Virus record (IMG/VR): IMGVR_UViG_3300031688_000122
Coordinates: 1-25,562 of that record
Source: a virus
Lineage: Duplodnaviria; Caudoviricetes
Length of the DNA stretch: 25,562 bases
Direction: 5' to 3' (one strand)
Of this stretch, positions 17,675 to 25,562 are shown piece by piece (position 1 is the first letter of the stretch; each line of letters starts with the position of its first letter). The notes beneath the pieces were generated by a model. It was given only the letters and a program-made list of their open reading frames with translations. It did no database searches and was not told the origin of the DNA. A program made the position numbers and the translations under genes.

Positions 17675-20600
17675 TGACAGTTCCAACTCAAGTAACTAGA
17701 AATGATGCAATAGCTATTGCCGGTCAAGTAGCTTATGACTTTGGATTTGAAGCTTTAACGGATGCTGACCTTCAAGTGTACGTTAATGGACTGCCAGAGT
17801 CAGGTGGATATACTATTGCGCGTAACATAGCTCCGCAAATTGGTGGCACTGTTACATTCTTCGCCCCATATATTCCTACAGCAGGGCAAAATGTAAGCCT
17901 AGTTTTAGAGATGCCTCTTGATCGCACTACTGATTATCAGAACAGCGGTGACTTTTTAGCAAGTGCAGTTAACGCTGACTTTGACAAAATATATATTGGG
18001 GCAATTCAAAACGAAAACTTTTTGGATAGAACACTACGACTGCAAAATGTAGATCCTACGCCTAGCAATGGCGAAGAATATCCTATGGCATTGCCACTTA
18101 CTGATGCTCGGAAAGATAGAATATTGGCATTCAACAATATTGGTGTACCGATTGCAGGCCCAAAGACAAGTGACATAACAGATGGTCTAAGTCTTAAATC
18201 AACGTTAACAAACGGCAACGTTACTGGCGGCACTGACATTGATATTAGTGTTGGCGATTCAATCACTACATTAAATAGTGGAATAAAAATTAATCGTTTT
18301 TATAACGAGGGCGATTTTGCATCAAACAGTGCAACAGGATTAGCCACACAACAGTCTATTAAAACGTACGTTGATTCAGCCGTAGGGCTTTTCGATAGTT
18401 TATCCGAAGTACTTGCTAACGGAAATACTTCTGGCGGCAATGATATCTCTATGAGTTCCGGTGACAATATTATATTTGCAGGAAGTAGTGGCCAATTAAA
18501 GATTGGATCCGATCCTCGGGTAAATATTGATGCTACCGGTGTTGATTTATTTGGTGCAGTATTCTTGAAAAGCCAAATAGGTCAACCTAATAGTACTCTA
18601 GGTTTTAGCCAAGGTGCTACTGTTAACGAATTTAGCATTGATGGAACACTATCAGGAAATAGTGATACTTCAATTCCTACAGAAAAAGCCGTAAAAACGT
18701 ACGTTGATAATGCTGTCCCTGCGGCAGAGTCTTTAGCCAATACGTTAATAGCAGGTAATGTTACGAGCGGCACTGATATTGAAGTAAGTACTAGCGATGC
18801 AGTACAGTTTGGTACTAGCGTTTCTAATAACTTAAAAATTAGCCATGATGGAACAGTAGGCTTAATTAAAGAAATTGGGTCAGGCTATTTAAAGATACAA
18901 GGAGATCAGTTAGATATAAGAGGTAATGATGGAACAAGCGGAATAACTATTTCTCCTGTACCAAGTCAAACCTATAATGATATTACGTTTCAAACTGGGC
19001 CGTCAGGATCAGTACAATTATACGTTACTGCTGATGGTGTTGCTTTTTCTACAGGTCAAAGCGTTCAGTCTATTCAAACAAGTACAGCTTTAAGCACTAG
19101 CAACACAACCTTGTCTACAACTGGCGCAATTAAGTCTTATGTAGATACAGCGGTTGCAGGACTACCTGTTGGAGACATAACAGCAATTACCGCTACTGCC
19201 CCTATTACAGGTGGTGGCACATCGGGTGCTGTTAGTATAGGAATAAACCAAGCAACCACAAGTCAAAGTGGATACTTATCTAATACAGATTGGAATACTT
19301 TTAATAGTAAATCCACATTTTCTGGTGCTTATGCAGATCTTACTGGCAAGCCTACTATACCTACTAATAACAATGAGCTTATTAATGGTGCAGGGTATAT
19401 AACATCGGCAGGTGTTCCTAGTTCTGTCACTTCAGTAAGCGCAACTGCTACTGGAGGAATTACTGTAACTGGTTCGCCAATTACTACAAGTGGTACCTTA
19501 GCGTTTGCTTTAGATTCCACTGTAGTTAAAACAACTGGCACTCAAACAATTTCAGGCAAAACAATGAGTGGCGTTATTCTTAACGGTAACGTTAATGGAA
19601 CTGGTGTTTTAGATAGCACTACATTTCCTACAGGTGCTGACAACAATAATATTGCGTCAGCATTAGCTGTAAAAACATACGTCGATGCGCAAGTAGGCAC
19701 CTCTGATACTCTTAAAGAAGTTTTGGTTAACGGAAACGTAACTGATGGCTCAAATTTAGTAATTAGTTCAGGCGATGCAATTTCTATTGGCGGTCAAAAC
19801 AGTACTGATACAGTTACAACTATCGACGCTAGTTCTACTGATACAGATCTTGCAACTGCATTAGCAATTAAAACTTACGTTGACTCTTCTGTACCTTCCG
19901 CAGAATCTTTAAAAAATACTTTGGCCGCTGGAAATATTAGTGACGGCACTGATTTAATAATGAGTACTGGCGATGATCTAACAATAAGTGCAGGATCTTC
20001 TTTAGATATTAAGACAGCGGGATTGTTTAAATTAAACAACGCTCAAGTATCAGACATTGTAAACGTTATTGATGCTAGTACTAGCTCTGCGGATTTAGTA
20101 ACTGGAACAGCAGTTAAAAACTATGTCACTTCTGTATTACCTTCTTCGCAATCTTTGTCAGCTACATTAGCTGTAGGAAATAGTACTGGCGGTACTGATA
20201 TAGAGTTAAGTCCACTCGATACTTTTAACGTTCTTACTAGCGGTAGTGTTTCAAAAACCGTAATAAGTCGTCGTCTAGGTCTTCCTTCTATTGGCAACAT
20301 AACTTTGATGGGCGACACTGACGGAGCTTTGTTTGAAGCTGATGAAGTTCATTATAGTAGTGAAGGTAAAAAACGACTTCAGTTTATTGCTAGCGGTGCT
20401 ACAAGATTTATATCCGAATCAACTGGCGCGTTTGATTTTGAAAATACTAGCGGCCAAAGCATAATACAATTTGCTAATAATGGTGCCATTAGCATTATGA
20501 GTCCAAACCCAGTGCCTGCTAACAGTGCTATCGCTGTTGGTGGCAACGTTGTAATTGATAACTTAAGAAACATTAAAAACGTACCTGTTATCTATAACAA

Positions 20601-23600
20601 TAATTCTGGACTGCAAGCAGTAGATTTAAACAACTCTGACTCACTTATTTTTAATACACCAGACGGTCACTCTGCATTATTGTTAAGCGGTGGTTCTTTC
20701 GATACTAACTATTACAGTAACGAAACGCATTACTTTAGAGGAATAGATGGTTTAGATATTCATGCAATCATTAATACTTCGGGAATAAGAAGTCTTGGTA
20801 ATCTCCAGTTAGGTAGTTCAACCGCAGTTACTAGCATATTAGACGAAGACGACATGGCATCTGATAGTAGTGTTGCATTAGCTACTCAACAATCCATTAA
20901 AGCCTATGTTAATGCTCAAGTAGGCACCGCTGATTCTTTATCTGAGGTATTGGCTAACGGTAATACAACTGGTTCAAACAATATCCTTTTTGGTGCCAAC
21001 AACAAAGCTATATTTAATAGTAGTTTTGAAATCTACAGGGATGCAAGCAACGCTATAATTTCTGAAACTGGCGCAGGAAGTTTGATTCTACGAGGCACAA
21101 ACCTCATTCTGCAAAGCGATGATAATGACGCGTACATTCAATGTATAGAGAATGGTTCGGTTACACTTTATCAACAAATAGGAGGTAGTTCAGCCCCTAG
21201 ATTAAATACTACTACGGTTGGTGTAAATGTTACTGGCACAATGGAATCAGATAGCTTACTTCTCGGAAGCGGTGCTACAGTTACTGAAATTTCAACTGGC
21301 ACATCGTTAAGTACCAGTAACACAACCCTATCTACTACAGGTGCAATTAAATCTTATGTAGACACTGCAATATCTGGTGGTGGATTTGGAACTGTAACTT
21401 CGGTTGCTTCTACTATTGGTGGAAATGCTATAGCTGTAGGTGGAAGTCCAATTACATCGAATGGCACATTGGCATATACATTCCAAGGATCCGCAAGTCA
21501 ATACATTAATGGTGCAGGTAACTTAGTAACTTTCCCAACTGATCAACAAGGTGTAACTTCAGTAGCATCTACAGTAACAGGAAATGCATTAACAGTTAGT
21601 GGATCGCCAGTAACTTCAACCGGAACATTAGCATACGCTTGGGCAGGTAATGCATCGGAATATATAAACGGTGCAGGTAATTTAACTGCTTTCCCATCTA
21701 TTCCTAGTGTTGGAAACGGCGTATTAACTATAGCCACTTCAGGTACAGTAAGTGGTAGTGGTACGTTTACTGCTAATCAATCAGGCAATGCCACAATTAC
21801 TATAGTTGGAGACGCGTTTCCATCTATACCAACTGTTAACGATTCGACTATTACATTTACTGCGGGTAACAAATTATCCGGTGGTGGAACTATTACTTTA
21901 AATCAAAGTAATGCTGAAACTGTTAGTTTTGGATTGGCTAGCAACAATGTATCTCAGTTTACTAATGACGCAGGGTATCTAACAGGTGTTACTGGATTTT
22001 TACCATTAACTGGCGGCACACTTACAGGTGGTTTATTAGGAACTACAGCTAGTTTCTCGGGTACAACTTCATTAAACAATTCATCTATTAACTTTGGTTT
22101 TGCTTCAGGGTCTGCTGAAATTAAACCGAAGGGTAGCTCTGGTTCTCTGTCAGCAGGCATAGATCTGTTCCGTACAAACAGTTCAGGCTTTACTCTTCTA
22201 GGGTTAAGAATTTTGCCAGAGGGAGGTCTCAGCGTTAGTACTGGTGCTGTCACTATGGACGGCCTTCTTGAAGGTGTTACTTCGCTTCAAATGGGTGGTG
22301 CGCTAACTGGTGCAAGTAGTATTCAGGTATCTGGAACAACTATTAGTTCTATCTCAACAAGCACATCATTAGGTACTAGTAACACAAGTCTATCCACAAC
22401 TGGCGCAATTAAATCTTATGTCGATACGGCTGTAGCAAGTGTACCAGTAGGAGACATTACTAACATTTCTGTAAGTTCACCAATTACAGGTGGAGGTTCA
22501 TCTGGTTCTATAGGAATAGGAATACAAGTTGCTACTGCATCACAAGCAGGATTTTTATCTGCAGCTAACTTTAATACTTTTAATAACAAGTCTAATTTCT
22601 CTGGTGCTTACGCAGACCTTACCGGTAAACCAACCATTCCAACCAACAACAACCAGTTAACAAACGGTGCAGGCTACACTACTAACACAGGTACAACTAC
22701 TGCTTCTAACACGCAAACATTTACTAATAAGTCGGGTAATATTAGTCAGTGGACAAATAACTCGGGATACTTAACAAGTGTTACTGGATTCCTGCCGCTA
22801 ACTGGCGGCACACTTACGGGTAATTTAACGGGAACAACTGCAACTTTTAACAACACTGTGACGTTAAGCGGTTCTGGCCTTGTTAATATCACCAAAGGTT
22901 TAGGGGTCTATATCTCTGCCAATTTAAGCGTTGCCGGACTCATCTTTAACACTAATGGTGGTGCTGTTGAAGTATCAGGTGATTTAAATATTAACTCTGG
23001 TGGTTTAACGGGCGCAAATAGTATTGGGCTGTCTGGAGTAACTGTTAGCTCCATTTCAACAAGCACAAGTTTGGCAGGAGCATCCAATACACAACTCGTA
23101 ACAGCGTTAGCAGTTAAAACTTATGTTGATAACAGTCCTGTAGGTGACATAACTGGTGTCGCTGTTACTAGTCCACTTACTGGAGGTGGAACTTCTGGAA
23201 ATGTAACGGTAGCAATACAACAAGCAAGCGGTTCGCAAGCAGGATTTTTAAGCGCGGCTAACTGGACTACATTTAATAATAAATCTACCTTCTCCGGTGC
23301 GTATTCTGATCTTACTGGAAAACCAACGATCCCCACCAACAACAATCAATTAACTAATGGTGCCGGATATATTACATCGAGTGCAGTTCCTACTAATAAC
23401 AACCAGTTAACTAACGGTGCAGGTTATACAACTAACACTGGAACAGTAACAAGTGTAACAATTAATGGTAATGCTTATTCAGCTAGTGGAAGCACTGGAG
23501 TAACGATTGCACCACAGGGTAATGCGACACAATATATAAATGGTCAAGGTAACTTAACTACATTCCCATCTATTCCCTCAAGTGTAACCAACAATAACCA

Positions 23601-24720
23601 ATTAATTAATGGTGCAGGCTATACAACTAATTTAGGTTTTGCTAGATACAACGCAGGTACAACTTACAGTAGTTACACTAATTTACAAAGATTCTATTCA
23701 AACACTAACATGGCTACAAGTGCAGGTAGTCAGTCAAGTTTAGAATGTTTCTCTAATGGATCAGGTAATGATGCCTTTATGACATTCCATGTAGGCGGTG
23801 ATTACGCTACCTACCTTGGATTAGATGGTGGCACTAACAAACTATCTACAGGCGGTTGGTCAGCAGGTGCGGTTTCACATGCTATTTTCCACGAAGGGAA
23901 CGTTCCGACTTATTCCCAACTTGGATCAATGCCATATTCAAATTTAAGTGGCACACCAACTATTCCTACTAACAACAACCAGTTAAGTAATGGCGCAGGG
24001 TATATAACTTCAGCTCCAACCGTTTATAACGCGGCAATCCAATTTAACGCTAACGCTAATATGACAGGTGGAGGTTTAATTACTCTTAATCAGTCAAATA
24101 GTGGATCAGTTAATTTTGATTCATTTACTGAAGATAATATTACTAATCCATCGTGGACAGGATCTTTAAACCAAAATGGTACAGGTAGCGGAGTCGCCCA
24201 AGAAGGTCGTATTGATAATGGTAATGGAGAAACAGTATTTTTAGGAATCAATTCTTCAGGTAGACTTTGTGGCGCAGAATATGAAACTTCTATTACTATG
24301 AGCCTTCAGCAATTTAATAATTTAGGTTCAAATACTGACACCACAGTAATTCCGGGTCGAGCAGGATACATAGTAATACCACTTGAAAGTATGTATATTA
24401 TGAAATGTTCAGAGCAACTTGACCCTGCCTCTTCTATTGGTAATGATCTTCCTAACCTAATTCAAATAAGGCAATTTGGGCCAACCTCTTCTCAATTTAC
24501 TGTATCTCAAATTACAGGTCAAAATATACTTGACGCAAGTGTTACTGGTACATCACTTATACAAAGAGATATTCCTTTAGTCCAAAGGGCTTATAAAGAA
24601 AACTCGCCTACACTCTTTAGGTTTGGAGGGTCAGGTGGTGGTTGGGATACAGCGGCCGGCTTTACATCAATGACGATCTTGTTAAAATATAGACTAATTA
24701 AAACGAGTGATTACAACTAA
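17674..24720 (+). CDS. long tail fibre protein (2348 aa) with T7 gp17-like N-terminal attachment domain
   Basis: N-terminal ..F.F....DL.VYVNG...RTTDYQ.SGDF.A..VN.DFDK anchor domain, then a Gly/Ser/Thr/Asn-rich repetitive shaft. TAATG-coupled to the upstream gene. Confidence 0.88.
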   Translation: MTVPTQVTRNDAIAIAGQVAYDFGFEALTDADLQVYVNGLPESGGYTIARNIAPQIGGTVTFFAPYIPTAGQNVSLVLEMPLDRTTDYQNSGDFLASAVNADFDKIYIGAIQNENFLDRTLRLQNVDPTPSNGEEYPMALPLTDARKDRILAFNNIGVPIAGPKTSDITDGLSLKSTLTNGNVTGGTDIDISVGDSITTLNSGIKINRFYNEGDFASNSATGLATQQSIKTYVDSAVGLFDSLSEVLANGNTSGGNDISMSSGDNIIFAGSSGQLKIGSDPRVNIDATGVDLFGAVFLKSQIGQPNSTLGFSQGATVNEFSIDGTLSGNSDTSIPTEKAVKTYVDNAVPAAESLANTLIAGNVTSGTDIEVSTSDAVQFGTSVSNNLKISHDGTVGLIKEIGSGYLKIQGDQLDIRGNDGTSGITISPVPSQTYNDITFQTGPSGSVQLYVTADGVAFSTGQSVQSIQTSTALSTSNTTLSTTGAIKSYVDTAVAGLPVGDITAITATAPITGGGTSGAVSIGINQATTSQSGYLSNTDWNTFNSKSTFSGAYADLTGKPTIPTNNNELINGAGYITSAGVPSSVTSVSATATGGITVTGSPITTSGTLAFALDSTVVKTTGTQTISGKTMSGVILNGNVNGTGVLDSTTFPTGADNNNIASALAVKTYVDAQVGTSDTLKEVLVNGNVTDGSNLVISSGDAISIGGQNSTDTVTTIDASSTDTDLATALAIKTYVDSSVPSAESLKNTLAAGNISDGTDLIMSTGDDLTISAGSSLDIKTAGLFKLNNAQVSDIVNVIDASTSSADLVTGTAVKNYVTSVLPSSQSLSATLAVGNSTGGTDIELSPLDTFNVLTSGSVSKTVISRRLGLPSIGNITLMGDTDGALFEADEVHYSSEGKKRLQFIASGATRFISESTGAFDFENTSGQSIIQFANNGAISIMSPNPVPANSAIAVGGNVVIDNLRNIKNVPVIYNNNSGLQAVDLNNSDSLIFNTPDGHSALLLSGGSFDTNYYSNETHYFRGIDGLDIHAIINTSGIRSLGNLQLGSSTAVTSILDEDDMASDSSVALATQQSIKAYVNAQVGTADSLSEVLANGNTTGSNNILFGANNKAIFNSSFEIYRDASNAIISETGAGSLILRGTNLILQSDDNDAYIQCIENGSVTLYQQIGGSSAPRLNTTTVGVNVTGTMESDSLLLGSGATVTEISTGTSLSTSNTTLSTTGAIKSYVDTAISGGGFGTVTSVASTIGGNAIAVGGSPITSNGTLAYTFQGSASQYINGAGNLVTFPTDQQGVTSVASTVTGNALTVSGSPVTSTGTLAYAWAGNASEYINGAGNLTAFPSIPSVGNGVLTIATSGTVSGSGTFTANQSGNATITIVGDAFPSIPTVNDSTITFTAGNKLSGGGTITLNQSNAETVSFGLASNNVSQFTNDAGYLTGVTGFLPLTGGTLTGGLLGTTASFSGTTSLNNSSINFGFASGSAEIKPKGSSGSLSAGIDLFRTNSSGFTLLGLRILPEGGLSVSTGAVTMDGLLEGVTSLQMGGALTGASSIQVSGTTISSISTSTSLGTSNTSLSTTGAIKSYVDTAVASVPVGDITNISVSSPITGGGSSGSIGIGIQVATASQAGFLSAANFNTFNNKSNFSGAYADLTGKPTIPTNNNQLTNGAGYTTNTGTTTASNTQTFTNKSGNISQWTNNSGYLTSVTGFLPLTGGTLTGNLTGTTATFNNTVTLSGSGLVNITKGLGVYISANLSVAGLIFNTNGGAVEVSGDLNINSGGLTGANSIGLSGVTVSSISTSTSLAGASNTQLVTALAVKTYVDNSPVGDITGVAVTSPLTGGGTSGNVTVAIQQASGSQAGFLSAANWTTFNNKSTFSGAYSDLTGKPTIPTNNNQLTNGAGYITSSAVPTNNNQLTNGAGYTTNTGTVTSVTINGNAYSASGSTGVTIAPQGNATQYINGQGNLTTFPSIPSSVTNNNQLINGAGYTTNLGFARYNAGTTYSSYTNLQRFYSNTNMATSAGSQSSLECFSNGSGNDAFMTFHVGGDYATYLGLDGGTNKLSTGGWSAGAVSHAIFHEGNVPTYSQLGSMPYSNLSGTPTIPTNNNQLSNGAGYITSAPTVYNAAIQFNANANMTGGGLITLNQSNSGSVNFDSFTEDNITNPSWTGSLNQNGTGSGVAQEGRIDNGNGETVFLGINSSGRLCGAEYETSITMSLQQFNNLGSNTDTTVIPGRAGYIVIPLESMYIMKCSEQLDPASSIGNDLPNLIQIRQFGPTSSQFTVSQITGQNILDASVTGTSLIQRDIPLVQRAYKENSPTLFRFGGSGGGWDTAAGFTSMTILLKYRLIKTSDYN
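18187..23154 (+). repeat. coding repeat family A in fibre: ..T..(A/S)(I/V)K.YV(D/N/T), often followed by L...L..GN
   Basis: Ten KxYV copies near 18360, 18693, 19130, 19672, 19870, 20116, 20898, 21348, 22410 and 23115. About seven L...L..GN copies. Confidence 0.9.
19171..24003 (+). repeat. coding repeat family B in fibre: GDIT..GGG.SG..FSGAY.DLTGKPTIPTNNN.L.NGAGY and sub-repeats
   Basis: Three long modules (about 19171-19400, 22450-22680, 23143-23370), six TNNN.L.NGAGY units, three YING.GNL..FP units, three VTSV...GSP.T..GTLA units and two FLPLTGGTLTG units. Confidence 0.9.
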
Positions 24721-24747
24721 AACAACTAACTTTTATTGGAGAACAAA

Positions 24748-25011
24748 ATGAGCATAACAAAAACAGAAGAATTAGTAACATGTATTGCGTATCCGGCACT
24801 AGATTCGTCGGCTGAACCAACTACTAATGATGGCAACCCTACTTTACAAGTTGCAATAAACATAACTTTTGACGATCCGGATGACTTTGAATTGCCTGCA
24901 ACAAGCAATCATTATTCTGTCATATCTCGATTTGATAAAGATGGTCAGCCAACCTCAGTAGATAGTCAACCTGCATTAGTAAAGAGTATTGCAGAGGCTA
25001 TTTGGATCTAG
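24748..25011 (+). CDS. small acidic protein downstream of tail fibre (possible fibre assembly/accessory protein)
   Basis: Start re-called to ATG 24748 with GGAG RBS at 24738-24741 (the track uses TTG 24736). Function from position only. Confidence 0.6.
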   Translation: MSITKTEELVTCIAYPALDSSAEPTTNDGNPTLQVAINITFDDPDDFELPATSNHYSVISRFDKDGQPTSVDSQPALVKSIAEAIWI

Positions 25012-25193
25012 TGGCTACCATAAAAGAAACCATTATCAGAATGGAAGCGCATGAGAAAGAATGTCTTGTGCGCTACACTGATATACAACGGCAATTAGAT
25101 ACCGCAGGGACTAAACAAGTAAGACTAGAAAGAATGGTTCTTGCAATATATCCGTTTATATTAACTGCAATTGCGTTTGCGAAATATGGATGA
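25011..25193 (+). CDS. small coiled-coil protein with C-terminal transmembrane helix (XhlA/holin-like)
   Basis: GTG at 25011 overlaps the upstream TAG. HEKEC..RY..I...L...RLE followed by hydrophobic MVLAIYPFILTAIAFA. Confidence 0.6.
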   Translation: MATIKETIIRMEAHEKECLVRYTDIQRQLDTAGTKQVRLERMVLAIYPFILTAIAFAKYG

Positions 25194-25205
25194 AGGTGTA
25201 ATAAT
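25177..25205 (+). promoter_or_regulatory. possible sigma70-like promoter overlapped by a palindrome
   Basis: TTGCGA (25177-25182), 17 nt, AATAAT (25200-25205) preceded by TGn. Inverted repeat TGTAAT-A-ATTACA at 25197-25209. Confidence 0.35.
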
Positions 25206-25235
25206 TACATCTCAAATTAATTATAGGAAACGATA

Positions 25236-25451
25236 ATGGATATTACTAACGGTGAAACAGGTGAAGTTCACACAATCGACGAAGAAAATTTGTCTTCAGA
25301 CAAAGCAATCTTTTTTGCAAAACTGAAAGAAAAAATGGAAGCTAAAATTCAATGTCAGTTAGCACTTCAAGAGTTAGATCATGTAATTACCATGTACGCT
25401 AACATAATGCTGAAAGAAGAAGAAGAAGAAGTACAGGAAGATGCTGAGTAA
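25236..25451 (+). CDS. hypothetical acidic coiled-coil protein (71 aa)
   Basis: AGGA RBS at 25225-25228. Poly-Glu C-terminus. Confidence 0.7.
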   Translation: MDITNGETGEVHTIDEENLSSDKAIFFAKLKEKMEAKIQCQLALQELDHVITMYANIMLKEEEEEVQEDAE

Positions 25452-25562
25452 CGTGTTACTTAATAGTCTGATTGGCCCTGTCTCTGATATTATTTCTAAA
25501 TTTGTAGTAGACAAAGACAAGCAGAACGAACTAGCCCATGAGGTATCTACTCTTGCGGCTAG
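25441..25562 (+). CDS. holin of the 3TM (GTA-type) family, 5' part, truncated by window end, not in ORF track
   Basis: Manual translation MLSNVLLNSLIGPVSDIISKFVVDKDKQNELAHEVSTLAA... matches the LIGPV...I.KF..DKD....LAHE N-terminus of this family. Confidence 0.75.
   Translation, partial: MLSNVLLNSLIGPVSDIISKFVVDKDKQNELAHEVSTLAA

Noticed and set aside
22636-24003. AAC-rich repeats in the fibre as a diversity-generating retroelement TR/VR pair (suggested by the BPP-1-like architecture)
   Set aside because: Copies differ at synonymous third positions including C/T, not specifically at adenines. They encode TNNN peptide repeats, and no reverse transcriptase or non-coding template copy is in the window.
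904-24908. Minus-strand and alternate-frame ORFs of 60-108 aa in the track
   Set aside because: Nearly all lie within long, well-supported + strand genes and show no recognisable motifs. They are best explained as shadow ORFs.
25415-25430. GAA trinucleotide repeat
   Set aside because: Simply encodes a short poly-Glu tail. No sign of phase variation.
1-25562. CRISPR array, tRNA, integrase, intron/intein or stop-codon recoding
   Set aside because: Intergenic gaps are short with no repeat-spacer or cloverleaf pattern. Core genes have ordinary lengths and are uninterrupted in the standard code.

Overview
A 25.6 kb AT-rich window holding the morphogenesis module of a podovirus-type tailed dsDNA phage, all on the + strand. 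Gene order resembles BPP-1/HTVC010P-like, probably aquatic, podophages: three small ORFs, terminase large subunit, a putative permuted papain-like protein, a small MGG-starting virion protein, T7 gp8-like portal, Bbp19-like protein, scaffold, major capsid protein, putative decoration protein, terminator, small basic protein, tail adaptor and nozzle, a cupin, three internal virion (ejection) proteins (the largest with an LPD38-like C-terminus), a 2348-aa repeat-built tail fibre, small downstream proteins and the start of a 3TM holin. Three probable genes are missing from the ORF track (419-580, 6483-6638, 25441-end). Best leads: (1) a structured leader with a duplicated TACTGGRTAC motif and two alternative folds between a sigma70-like promoter and the capsid gene; (2) strong codon-pair avoidance of GGWCC, GCWGC and GCTGG/CCAGC, suggesting host restriction sites; (3) two putative modifying enzymes, each coupled to a small virion-protein gene; (4) the modular fibre. 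Family calls come from motif recognition and synteny, not database searches. Counts are by hand.
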